Assembly (NCBI GenBank): GCA_021463865.1
Contig: JAJTXY010000018.1
Span: forward strand, 1,971-65,970
Direction of reading: 5' to 3'
From: Anaerolineae bacterium
GTDB lineage: Bacteria; Chloroflexota; Anaerolineae; Aggregatilineales; J027
DNA length: 64,000 nt
Shown here: positions 50,108-60,526 of the stretch, piece after piece
Layout of the letters: each line of letters starts with the position of its first letter
Position numbering within the stretch: position 1 is the first letter of the stretch
The notes under the pieces: generated by a model
What the model saw: only the letters and a program-made list of their open reading frames with translations
What the model was told of the DNA's origin: nothing
Database searches by the model: none
Made by a program: the position numbers and the translations under genes

Positions 50108-51580
50108 CTACTTGCGCTTGTTTAATTCTTCTTCCAAGAGACGCTGCACAGCTTGGGCATCGCCTGTACCACGCATGGCTCGCATCACCTGACCCATTAA
50201 AAACTTGATGACCTTTTCTTCGCCATTCAACCAACGGGTCACTTCGCTGGGATTTTGATCCAATACTTGCATCACAGCGGTGCGTAAAACACCTTCATCA
50301 GATTGTTGGGCAAGCCCCTCTGATTGAATGATATGTGATACCTCACCACCTTTATTATACACGATTTCCAGCACTTTTTTACCAGCATTGTTGTTAATTG
50401 TCTTTTTCTCAATTAACTGGATCACCTCAACTAATTGTTCAGGCTTCACGCTGATTTCGTTTATTTGCTCACGCTCTAGGCCGGATTTATTCATCAGGCG
50501 GAATAGTTCACCCATCATCCAATTGGCGATGATTTTGGCGTCCCCCCCTGCTTTGACGGCATTTTCAAAATAATCGGCAATCGGGCGATCCGCTACCAAG
50601 ACACTCGCATCATAGGCGCTCAGACCGAGAGCATTCATAAAGCGTTCGCGTTTAGTATCCGGCAGTTCGGGCATATGGGCACGGACACGTTCCACCCACT
50701 CCCGCGAAATTTCCAGAACAGGCAAATCGGGTTCTGGAAAATAGCGGTAGTCGTGGGCGGATTCTTTGCTGCGCTGGCTGAACGTCTTTTGTTTTTGCTC
50801 ATCCCAACCGCGTGTTTCTTGTACTACCGAGCCGCCCGATTCCCATACTTGGATTTGGCGCTCAATTTCGTATTCGGTAGCGCGGAACATATTGCGGATG
50901 CTGTTGAGATTCTTGACCTCAGTACGATTACGAAACTCATTAGAGCCAACAGGCCGTACCGAAATATTGGCTTCGACGCGCAGCACGCCCTTGCTCATAT
51001 CGCCACTGTTAACCCCAAGATATTGCAGGATAGCGCGAAGTTTGCGGCAATAGGCTTCGGCTTCTTCGGCGTTTCGAATATCCGGCTCAGTCACAATTTC
51101 CAACAGCGGCACACCCGAACGATTAAAATCCACCAAACTTGTGCCATCACTGAGGTGAGTATTTTTCCCCGTGTCCTCTTCCAGATGGGCGCGGCGAATC
51201 CCAATGCGTTTGGTGCTGCCATCGGGTAGGTCAATCATGACATAGCCATTGACCGCCAGCGGAAATTCATATTGGCTGATCTGGTAGCCTTTGGGCAGGT
51301 CAGGATAGAAATAATTCTTGCGGGCAAACTGATTGAACTCCGCAATTTCGCAGTTCAGGGCCAGCCCGACCATAATGCCATATTCAATGGCTTGTTGATT
51401 GATGACAGGCAAAACACCGGGCATCCCCAAACAAACCGGACAAACCGCTGTGTTGGGTTGGGCAGCGGTCAAATCCACAACGGCACAGCGGCAAAACATT
51501 TTGCTTTCGGTCATCAATTCCGCATGGACTTCCATGCCGATGACTGCTTCATAAGCGGGGGTTTGTATCTTAGTCGCCAT
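50108..51580 (-). CDS. gatB: Asp/Glu-tRNA amidotransferase subunit B
   Basis: Motifs '[12 protein letters not shown]', 'CPVCLGMPG', '[12 protein letters not shown]', plus a C-terminal YqeY-like tail. Likely start is MATKIQT. Confidence 0.9.
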   Translation of the reverse strand: MATKIQTPAYEAVIGMEVHAELMTESKMFCRCAVVDLTAAQPNTAVCPVCLGMPGVLPVINQQAIEYGIMVGLALNCEIAEFNQFARKNYFYPDLPKGYQISQYEFPLAVNGYVMIDLPDGSTKRIGIRRAHLEEDTGKNTHLSDGTSLVDFNRSGVPLLEIVTEPDIRNAEEAEAYCRKLRAILQYLGVNSGDMSKGVLRVEANISVRPVGSNEFRNRTEVKNLNSIRNMFRATEYEIERQIQVWESGGSVVQETRGWDEQKQKTFSQRSKESAHDYRYFPEPDLPVLEISREWVERVRAHMPELPDTKRERFMNALGLSAYDASVLVADRPIADYFENAVKAGGDAKIIANWMMGELFRLMNKSGLEREQINEISVKPEQLVEVIQLIEKKTINNNAGKKVLEIVYNKGGEVSHIIQSEGLAQQSDEGVLRTAVMQVLDQNPSEVTRWLNGEEKVIKFLMGQVMRAMRGTGDAQAVQRLLEEELNKRK

Positions 51581-51655
51581 TCGTATTTTCGATTGATTGA
51601 ATTGGATAGGTGATGGCTCTAGCTTAACAAAATTGGGCCAAAACCTCAACCTTAT

Positions 51656-52813
51656 CTATCCGTATCTCTGCATAAATCGGTGAAGCCGCTCAAGGGCCTC
51701 CTCGATTTTCTCATAAGAGGTGGCATAGCAGGCCCGCACAAAACCTTCGCCACTCACCCCAAAGGCACTCCCCGGCACAACCGCCACTTTTTCCTCATAG
51801 AGCAGTTTTTCCGAGAAGGTGTTTTCATCCATGCCACTGGCTTTGATACGCGGAAAGGCATAGAACGCGCCACGTGGCTCAAAACAATCCAAACCTAATT
51901 GATTGAGGCCATTCACCAACAATTTACGGCGGCGGTCATATTCAGCGACCATCGCCTGCACTTCTTCTTCGTGTTCAAGGGCTTTTAGGGCGGCAAATTG
52001 GGCAACCGTCGGGGCAGACATAATCGTATATTGATGAATCCGGCGCATGGCATTAATAATGGGTTCTGGCGCGGCAGCATAACCAATACGCCAGCCCGTC
52101 ATGGCATGGCTCTTGCTGAATCCCCCCAATACAACGGTGCGCTCGCGCATATTGGGCAGGGTCGCAAACTGGGTGTGTGGCACGCCATACACCAGACGAT
52201 CATAAATTTCGTCGGAAATGACCAGCAGATCATGTTTTTCAGCGATCTTGGCGATCTCTAACAATCGTTCGCGGGTAAGGACTGCCCCGGTGGGGTTGTT
52301 GGGATAGCCCAATAAAATCGCTTTGGTACGCGGGGTAATGGCTTTTTCAATATCCGCCGGAGATACTTGAAAATCTTGCTCAAAATAGCAGGGCACCATG
52401 ACCGGAACGCCACCCGCAAACACCACCTCTGGCATGTAAGACACAAAGCAGGGTTCGGGGATAATCACCTCTTCACCGGGATTGATAGTCGCTGTGACCG
52501 CCAAATACATTGCCTCGCTGACACCCACCGCCACCAATAATTCATGCGCAGGGTCATATTCAATGCCATACAGCCGATTGATGTACCGAGAAATTGCCTC
52601 GCGTAGCTCAATCAGGCCGTTGTTGCTGGTGTAGTGGGTTTCGCCGTGCTTGAGGGCTTCAATCCCAGCCTGAATCACTCCGGCGGGCGAAGTAAAATCC
52701 GGTTCTCCAATTCCCAGCGAAATCACATCATCCATTGTGGCGGCAATATCGAAAAATTTGCGGATGCCGGATGGTGGCACCATCTCAATCCGGTCTGCGA
52801 TAAATTTGGGCAT
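51656..52813 (-). CDS. class I/II PLP-dependent aminotransferase (aspartate aminotransferase-like)
   Basis: Motifs 'PSGIRKF' and 'GYPNNPTG', with PLP-Lys motif 'GFSKSHAMTGWRIGY'. Likely start is MPKFIADR. Confidence 0.85.
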   Translation of the reverse strand: MPKFIADRIEMVPPSGIRKFFDIAATMDDVISLGIGEPDFTSPAGVIQAGIEALKHGETHYTSNNGLIELREAISRYINRLYGIEYDPAHELLVAVGVSEAMYLAVTATINPGEEVIIPEPCFVSYMPEVVFAGGVPVMVPCYFEQDFQVSPADIEKAITPRTKAILLGYPNNPTGAVLTRERLLEIAKIAEKHDLLVISDEIYDRLVYGVPHTQFATLPNMRERTVVLGGFSKSHAMTGWRIGYAAAPEPIINAMRRIHQYTIMSAPTVAQFAALKALEHEEEVQAMVAEYDRRRKLLVNGLNQLGLDCFEPRGAFYAFPRIKASGMDENTFSEKLLYEEKVAVVPGSAFGVSGEGFVRACYATSYEKIEEALERLHRFMQRYG

Positions 52814-52929
52814 GAACCTCTGTTTTCTCCTAAACTTTTGGTCAAAGTGAGGGTTTGAGTATAACACTTGTTGGGCCTTAAATGCGTTCAGAAATTATGA
52901 ATTTATGAGAGTCTTATGCCTTCTCGATT

Positions 52930-52958
52930 TTGTCCCCTACCTCGATTCCTGCTACAAT
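52930..52958 (+). promoter_or_regulatory. promoter of the TIR-domain gene
   Basis: TTGTCC (52930-52935), 17 nt ending in TGC, then TACAAT (52953-52958). It lies 38 nt upstream of the GTG start. Confidence 0.5.
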
Positions 52959-52995
52959 CGCATTTATAGAAACATGAATTTTTGGGGATTAGGCC

Positions 52996-54222
52996 GTGCA
53001 TATTTTCATCAGCTACGCCAAAGTAGATACACAACCCATTGCGCTCAAAATCCGGGATGCGCTTCGTTCCGTCAATGGCCTGACCGCGTGGATGGACGAG
53101 TCGCTGGAATCGGGTGAAGATTGGGCCGTCCAAATCCAAGACGAAATTGACCATTGCGACCTAATGCTGGTCTTAATGTCTCCAGATGTTAACCGTGCCA
53201 CTGAGCCACGCAGCTTTGTGTTGCGGGAAATCCATTATGCCCAAGATAGCCAAAAACCCATTTTGCCCATCATGGCCCAAAAGACCAGAATTCCCGTGCA
53301 GTTGGCAGGGATTCAGTTCGTTGACCTGACCCAAAATCAAGCCGCTGGCATTGAGGGCCTTGTCGAAAATGTGTGTCGCCGTGTCGGGATTCCGAGTCCC
53401 ACCGAACTCAAGCGCCAAGTCGAAGAAGCCGAACGTCAGCGGGTGGCAGAAATTCATCGGCAGACCGTTGAAGCCGAGCAAAAGCGGCAAGCGCAAATCG
53501 CGGCCCAACGTCAAGCCGAAGAGGAAGAACGTCGGCGACAGGCACAGATTGATGCTCAACGTCGTGCCGATGAGCAAGCCCGTCAACAGCAAAATACACA
53601 GACCGCCCCGTCTATTCCCGTCATGCAGCCCCGCCCCAATGCGCCACAAGACTGGAACAAACAGTATTCTGAAGGGTCGTCCGCCGCTTACGAGGCAAAA
53701 GTTAGGGTAGCCGGCCCGTCAAAAAGCAAAGGTGCATTACCTCTATTGGCAGGCGGGGCTGTCCTTGCGGCGTTGATTATCATTGTGATTGTTGGGATAT
53801 TGCTGTCAGGGGTGTTGAGCGAAGACGATAAAAGTAATGCTAATGATGGAGTGGGCCGCTATCTATTGGAGTTCTCATCTAATCAAACAGTGAATTTTAC
53901 AGAGGGTGAAACTTCGAAGTTATGTTTATTCCACAACATCACACTTGGCGATAGCGCAGTAGGTAAATTGATTGACATTTCTTGGGACAATTGGGCTGAG
54001 AATTATTACAATTTAGTAGAGCCTCGATTCATGCGTAGCTATGCTGGCAAATTTCAGAAGGATAAGGAAATCCAATACAATGAAGTAGAGGCTATTAGCC
54101 ATCCTTGGACAGTGACTGAGGCAGGCGAATATGTTTTTTGCTTTCTTGTATATGAAACTGACTATGAAAAAGTTAAAGATTTTTCAACTTGGATAAATGT
54201 TACGCTAACCAGCAGTAACTAA
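52996..54222 (+). CDS. membrane-anchored TIR-domain protein (TIR - coiled coil - TM - C-terminal extracytoplasmic domain)
   Basis: 408 aa. TIR pattern 'IFISYAKVD...DWAVQIQDEIDHCDLMLVLMSPD...SFVLREIHYA...PILPIM'. A charged repeat 'EAERQRVAEIHRQTVEAEQKRQAQIAAQRQAEEEERRRQAQIDAQRR' follows. TM helix 'LPLLAGGAVLAALIIIVIVGILLSGVL', then a ~130-aa C-terminal domain. Confidence 0.75.
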   Translation: MHIFISYAKVDTQPIALKIRDALRSVNGLTAWMDESLESGEDWAVQIQDEIDHCDLMLVLMSPDVNRATEPRSFVLREIHYAQDSQKPILPIMAQKTRIPVQLAGIQFVDLTQNQAAGIEGLVENVCRRVGIPSPTELKRQVEEAERQRVAEIHRQTVEAEQKRQAQIAAQRQAEEEERRRQAQIDAQRRADEQARQQQNTQTAPSIPVMQPRPNAPQDWNKQYSEGSSAAYEAKVRVAGPSKSKGALPLLAGGAVLAALIIIVIVGILLSGVLSEDDKSNANDGVGRYLLEFSSNQTVNFTEGETSKLCLFHNITLGDSAVGKLIDISWDNWAENYYNLVEPRFMRSYAGKFQKDKEIQYNEVEAISHPWTVTEAGEYVFCFLVYETDYEKVKDFSTWINVTLTSSN

Positions 54223-54257
54223 CCCCGCGACGATAACACAAGCCAAAAACAAAGGTG

Positions 54258-54286
54258 TTGAGTGCGCCCATCCCCTCTGCTACAAT
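54258..54286 (+). promoter_or_regulatory. promoter of prfA-prmC
   Basis: TTGAGT (54258-54263), 17 nt ending in TGC, then TACAAT (54281-54286). Confidence 0.45.
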
Positions 54287-54337
54287 AACATATTGCATAT
54301 TTCTCGTAATTTGTGGTGATTGGAAGAATTGGTCGCT

Positions 54338-55417
<1,080 letters not shown>

Positions 55418-55437
55418 CCCATTTTTCCTGTTTTCCC

Positions 55438-56289
55438 ATGCCGACCATCGGAGAGGCGTTGGCAAGTGCTCGTCAGCGCCTTACACTCACCAGCGAAACT
55501 GCCCTCCTTGATGCCCGACTGCTGCTCAGTTTTGTGATAGACCAGCCAACGACATGGCTCTATGCTCATTCGGACAGCCTCCTTTCCCCTGAACAAGCCG
55601 AAAAATTCTCCCACCTGATTGACCAGCGTGCCGTTGGACGGCCTATTGCCTATCTGACAGGTACACGCGGTTTTTATCATTGGGATTTTGTGGTGACACC
55701 GGATGTTCTGATCCCCCGCCCCGAAACCGAACACCTGATAGAAGCAGCACAGGCATGGCTAAAAAATCGGCAGGGGGAGCAGTTAAAAGTCGTGGATGTC
55801 GGCACAGGTAGCGGCATTATCGGGGTGTCATTGGCCCTGCTTTTTCCAGAGGCATCCGTCACAGCGATTGATGTTAGTCCATCGGCATTGGAAATCGCCC
55901 AATTGAATGCCAGTCGGCTTGGCGCGGGGAATATTGAATTCCAAGAGGGTAATCTGCTCAATGGCCTGCCCTCCGATTTTCAGGTGGATTTAATCGCCGC
56001 AAATTTGCCCTACATTGATCATGATGAGATGCTAACACTTGAAGTCGCCAAATGGGAACCACACCTAGCATTGGATGGGGGTATCGGCGGATTAGACCTG
56101 ATTCGTGATCTGCTACATCAAGCACCCATCCATCTCAAGCCGGGGGGATTGATTTTGCTGGAAATTGGGGCAGATCAGGGTGAAGCCACCCAACAATTGG
56201 CATTATCGGTTTTTCCGAATGCGGGAGTCAAAATCCAACAGGATTTGGCGGGATTAGATCGAATCGTATCCGTTCAAACCCTCGAATAG
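55438..56289 (+). CDS. prmC: release-factor glutamine N5-methyltransferase
   Basis: 283 aa. SAM loop 'VVDVGTGSG' and NPPY-type 'ANLPY'. Directly follows prfA. Confidence 0.85.
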   Translation: MPTIGEALASARQRLTLTSETALLDARLLLSFVIDQPTTWLYAHSDSLLSPEQAEKFSHLIDQRAVGRPIAYLTGTRGFYHWDFVVTPDVLIPRPETEHLIEAAQAWLKNRQGEQLKVVDVGTGSGIIGVSLALLFPEASVTAIDVSPSALEIAQLNASRLGAGNIEFQEGNLLNGLPSDFQVDLIAANLPYIDHDEMLTLEVAKWEPHLALDGGIGGLDLIRDLLHQAPIHLKPGGLILLEIGADQGEATQQLALSVFPNAGVKIQQDLAGLDRIVSVQTLE

Positions 56290-56358
56290 CACCGCATCGC
56301 CCTCTCAGGTAGAATAAGCGACGACTTGAGAAATTCAACGATTGGTAAAAAGGCGGCC

Positions 56359-57264
56359 ATGTCCGAAAACCCACGCCCCCACGACGACTATATTCCAGAC
56401 GAATTTGATGACAACGGGTTTGATGAACCCTTTGATGAATCCATCGCCGACGAGCCATTGCCCTCTGCCGCTGAAACAATGGTCGGGCAGACCACACAGC
56501 AATTCGTCATGCCCGATTCCCAACAACAGCACGCATGGGAAGGGGTTGAACCGATTCCGGCTGGCCCAGATGAACTTTATGACGAAACGCCACAGGCCGA
56601 TGACATCCCGCCGATTGTGCGCCCCGGTGAAGAAACTGAAACACCCCCAACCGAAACCCGTCGCCGCCGTGTACGCCAGCCATCGGAACGGACAGCCGAA
56701 GAACGTGACCGTGTGCGCGAAATCCAACCCGAACTCATTCGTCAGCAACGCCCCGGACGTTTGGCAATAGCGCCACTGGCCTTTGGGTTAATTGGGCTAG
56801 GCGGCCTATTATTAGCCGAAAATTTTGTTGAGGAACTCGAAATCACAGCAGGGGCAGCCATCATCATTTTATTAGGATCGTTTGTGCTGACCACCGTCTT
56901 TCGATTTTTTGAATCCGGCAGACGGCAGCGCGGTCTCTTTTTTGTGGGTAACGTGTTACTGATTTGGGGTGGCGTCGTCGCATTGAATGTTTTGCGCGAA
57001 GATAAATTCCCATTAGATGAATTTTGGCCTCTCACTATCGCAGGGGTTGGGGCGGCTTTTTTCATCACCTTCCTTTTTGAGCGCAATCACCAAGCAGGAT
57101 TAGTGTTCCCCGGCATCATTTTGATGTTTGCCAGCGGGATCGCCTTTTTGGTAACGCTGGATGTCATCGGGCCAGACCTTACCGATGGGGTCAAAGATTT
57201 TTGGCCGCTGATAGTCGCGGTGGTTGGTTTGTTATTGTTCCCGGCTGCCTTCCAAAAGCGATAG
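56359..57264 (+). CDS. membrane protein with acidic, Pro-rich N-terminal region, unknown function
   Basis: The acidic N-terminus 'DDYIPDEFDDNGFDEPFDES' is followed by about 6 TM helices. Likely start is MSENPRP. Confidence 0.5.
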   Translation: MSENPRPHDDYIPDEFDDNGFDEPFDESIADEPLPSAAETMVGQTTQQFVMPDSQQQHAWEGVEPIPAGPDELYDETPQADDIPPIVRPGEETETPPTETRRRRVRQPSERTAEERDRVREIQPELIRQQRPGRLAIAPLAFGLIGLGGLLLAENFVEELEITAGAAIIILLGSFVLTTVFRFFESGRRQRGLFFVGNVLLIWGGVVALNVLREDKFPLDEFWPLTIAGVGAAFFITFLFERNHQAGLVFPGIILMFASGIAFLVTLDVIGPDLTDGVKDFWPLIVAVVGLLLFPAAFQKR

Positions 57265-57268
57265 ACGC

Positions 57269-58372
57269 ATGGTACATATTGCGGTAGATGCCAGCCGAAC
57301 CACCCGATTACGCCGTACAGGGACGGAAAATTACGCCCTACAATTGATTCGTCAATGGATCGAAACGGTTAATCAGCACCGTTTAACCTTATATTTTCGT
57401 GATGCGCCACCGCCTGATTTATTTCCCGTGCAATCGAATTTTGTACAGCAAGTAATTCCATTTCCGCGCTTGTGGACACATCTGCGATTCGCGGCGGAAT
57501 TATGGCGCACCCGACCCGACGTGACCTTTGTACCCGCCCATACGCTGCCTTTTGTATTTCCCGGCAAGGCAGTCGTGACGGTGCATGACCTCGGCTACCT
57601 CTATTTTCCCAACGCGCACCCCCCTAAAGAGCGGCGTTATCTGGATGCGACCACCCGCTTTAGTGCCCGACGCGCTACACTCATTCTTGCCGATTCATTG
57701 GCGACTAAAACCGACTTAATCAGTCACTATGGGGTGTCAGAGCAAAAAATCCGTGTGGTCTATCCCGGTGTGGATGAAAGTCTCGCCCCTGTATATGATC
57801 CCTCCGAATTAACACGGGTACGGGCGAAATATGGTCTGCCAGAACAGTATTTATTTTTCTTGGGCACACTCCAACCCCGCAAAAATATCGCGCGATTGGT
57901 GGAGGCGTTTGCGAAATGGCGCTCCTCATCAGGCAATCGAGGGGTGGCGTTGGTGCTGGGTGGTCAAAAGGGTTGGCTCTATCAAGAAGCGTGGACATCC
58001 GGTGTTGAGGGGGTAATTTTGCCCGGATATATTGCCGATGAGGATGTTGCGGCGCTTTACAGCGGGGCACTGGCATTGGTGTTCCCATCACTTTATGAGG
58101 GTTTCGGTTTTCCGGTGATTGAAGCCATGCGCTGCGATACGCCTGCCTTGTGTTCCAATACCTCTTCCCTTCCCGAATTAGGTGGCGAGGCGGCAGTGTT
58201 GGTGAATCCACTGGACACGGATGAAATCGCACGGGGCATCGGGCAGTTGGTTGAAAATCCCGAATTGCGACGGCAGTTGGTCAAAAAAGGCCGAATACAG
58301 GCACAACAATTTAGTTGGGCAAACGCCGCAAAACAGACAATGCACGTTTTGGAAGAGGCAGCAGGCAAGTGA
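57269..58372 (+). CDS. GT-B glycosyltransferase, family 4
   Basis: 'EGFGFPVIEAM' E-x7-E region. Likely start is MVHIAVDAS. Confidence 0.85.
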   Translation: MVHIAVDASRTTRLRRTGTENYALQLIRQWIETVNQHRLTLYFRDAPPPDLFPVQSNFVQQVIPFPRLWTHLRFAAELWRTRPDVTFVPAHTLPFVFPGKAVVTVHDLGYLYFPNAHPPKERRYLDATTRFSARRATLILADSLATKTDLISHYGVSEQKIRVVYPGVDESLAPVYDPSELTRVRAKYGLPEQYLFFLGTLQPRKNIARLVEAFAKWRSSSGNRGVALVLGGQKGWLYQEAWTSGVEGVILPGYIADEDVAALYSGALALVFPSLYEGFGFPVIEAMRCDTPALCSNTSSLPELGGEAAVLVNPLDTDEIARGIGQLVENPELRRQLVKKGRIQAQQFSWANAAKQTMHVLEEAAGK

Positions 58373-59133
58373 TGACTTCCCCCGAACGATTACGCATCTT
58401 GGGTGTGCCGATTGATGCCTATACCTTTGAGACATGGCTGGCCCAAGTCGAAACATGGATGAATGAACCCGACGGGCTGCACCATATCTGCACGGTGAAT
58501 CCCGAATTCGTCATGATCGCTCAACAGCATCCGGCCTTTTATCAGGTATTACAAAAAGCCGATGCCTGCCTTGCCGATGGATCGGGGATACTGTTAGCCG
58601 CACAATGGCTCGGACACCCTCTCCCCCAACGAGTGACAGGGAGTGATGGCCTACCCCAGTTAGCCGAATTAGCCGCACAAAAAGGCTGGCGTCTATTTTT
58701 TCTAGGGGCGGCGCCGGGGGTGGCTGACTTAGCCGCCGAAAAATTACGAGCGACCTATCCGGGGTTACAAATTACGGTCAATCCAGCGAACCCCGATGAG
58801 GCTGACACGTGTATCGAGGCGATTAACCAAAGTGGAGCTTCAATTTTATTGGTGGCCTATGGTGCGCCGATGCAGGATTTATGGATTGACCAGCATCGAG
58901 ATCACTTGCCCAACATCAAAATAGCGATGGGGGTCGGTGGGGCGTTCGATTTCGTGGCGGGGATTGTGCCGCGTGCGCCCCAATGGATGCAGAAATTGTA
59001 TCTGGAATGGCTGTATCGCCTGATTCGCCAGCCGTGGCGCTGGAAACGGATGCTGCGTCTACCCTTATTTGTGATCGCCGTGCTCCGTTATCGCCATCAA
59101 CCCACCCCCAAATTAGTACAAGAGATGCAATGA
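58372..59133 (+). CDS. WecB/TagA/CpsF-family glycosyltransferase
   Basis: Motifs 'ILGVPID', 'ILLVAYGAPMQDLW', 'GVGGAFDF'. The ATG overlaps the preceding TGA (TGATG). Confidence 0.85.
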   Translation: MTSPERLRILGVPIDAYTFETWLAQVETWMNEPDGLHHICTVNPEFVMIAQQHPAFYQVLQKADACLADGSGILLAAQWLGHPLPQRVTGSDGLPQLAELAAQKGWRLFFLGAAPGVADLAAEKLRATYPGLQITVNPANPDEADTCIEAINQSGASILLVAYGAPMQDLWIDQHRDHLPNIKIAMGVGGAFDFVAGIVPRAPQWMQKLYLEWLYRLIRQPWRWKRMLRLPLFVIAVLRYRHQPTPKLVQEMQ

Positions 59134-60032
59134 GTAGCCCGATTGAAACACTGGAAAAAATCGCATTGGATAAAGCCAAGTTTTATGCCAAACGTCCCGA
59201 TACAGTGGCAGTAGCGATTACGGGTTCAATTGGACGCGGCATGACATGGGAAGGCTCAGATGTAGATTTATGGGTCTATCGCAACGGGGAACGCGCTTTT
59301 GAGGATGGATGGGAACAGGGCATCTATTGGGAAGCCGATATTGAATCTGCCACCCTGCTTGATATTCAAATAGACGACCACACATGGCTGCGGCCACAGG
59401 GTCTTGATGGTGATGAAATCGGTCTATTGGAAGCATTGTGGGGCTGTCGTGTCTATTATGATCCGACGGGCAAATTAACCTCGCTCAAAAAGGCCATTGA
59501 CAGCCGCGTCGCCAATAAACGCTGGATGCGTCATCGAGCCGAATTGTTTATCAGCTATGGGCGGGGATGTTTGGCGGGGCTGCATTATGCCGATGCCCTC
59601 ACCGCAATTTTGATGGCACGGGTGGTCGCTACAGATTATGGCATCACCGCCTATTGGATGCGAAGGGGCAAATTGTTGACCAGTGCCCTACGTGTGCCAG
59701 AACGATTAGCTGATGAACCCGAATTGCAGCGCCTCTACTGCGAGGTTTTTGGTCTAAAAGGCAAGGCTGGGGCGGATGAATTTTTAGAAAATTTGAAGCG
59801 ACTGCCAATCCATATTCAGGATGCCATAGAAGGGGATGTCGAAGAGTGTAGACCCGCAATGGCATTGGGTTATCATGATGGTGCGATTCGGCATTTGCGC
59901 CAAATCATGGCTGCCGATTTCCGACCAGAGGAGATATTGCCCATTTTGGTTTTGGGGGATGATTTGGAAGTACAAAAAGGGGAGCTACTTGAAAAAGTGG
60001 GGGTTATTTTGGACTTGTGTGAGGCACTATGA
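59130..60032 (+). CDS. Pol-beta-superfamily nucleotidyltransferase-domain protein with helical C-terminal domain
   Basis: 'TGSIGRGMTWEGSDVDLWV' is the G[GS]...DxD NTase motif. The ATGA start overlaps the TagA-family stop. The ORF-track start at 58983 is probably spurious. Confidence 0.6.
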   Translation: MSSPIETLEKIALDKAKFYAKRPDTVAVAITGSIGRGMTWEGSDVDLWVYRNGERAFEDGWEQGIYWEADIESATLLDIQIDDHTWLRPQGLDGDEIGLLEALWGCRVYYDPTGKLTSLKKAIDSRVANKRWMRHRAELFISYGRGCLAGLHYADALTAILMARVVATDYGITAYWMRRGKLLTSALRVPERLADEPELQRLYCEVFGLKGKAGADEFLENLKRLPIHIQDAIEGDVEECRPAMALGYHDGAIRHLRQIMAADFRPEEILPILVLGDDLEVQKGELLEKVGVILDLCEAL

Positions 60033-60526
60033 CAACCAAACGAAAATCGTTCGATTTCAAGACATATGTTGAGGAAATTCAGACCCGGCCCTGTTTTATA
60101 TGTGAGATTATCAAGGGCAACCCCGAATATCGGCATCATGTGATCTATGAAGATGACATTGCTATCGTATTTCTAAACAAATACCCATCCCTCTATGGCT
60201 ATGTCTTGGTCTGCCCCAAAGAACACCGCGAAATGGTCACAGGCGATTTTTCACCAGACGAGTATTTGGCGCTGCAACGAGTGGTCTATCAAATGGGTGA
60301 GGCCGTGCGAAAAAGTGTGCCTACTGAACGGGTCTATATTTTGAGTTTGGGCAGTCAGCAGGGCAATAAACACGTCCACTGGCATATCGCGCCATTGCCG
60401 CCGGGTGTGCCATTTGAAGATCAGCAGTTAGCGGCGTTGAGTGTGAGTAATGGGATTTTGGATCTGAGCGAGGAAGAAATGGCAGCGATGGCCGACCAAA
60501 TACGCGCCAATGTTGGGGGATTATGA
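60029..60526 (+). CDS. HIT-family (histidine triad) protein
   Basis: 165 aa with histidine triad 'HVHWHIAP'. ATGA overlaps occur at both ends. Confidence 0.85.
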   Translation: MTTKRKSFDFKTYVEEIQTRPCFICEIIKGNPEYRHHVIYEDDIAIVFLNKYPSLYGYVLVCPKEHREMVTGDFSPDEYLALQRVVYQMGEAVRKSVPTERVYILSLGSQQGNKHVHWHIAPLPPGVPFEDQQLAALSVSNGILDLSEEEMAAMADQIRANVGGL

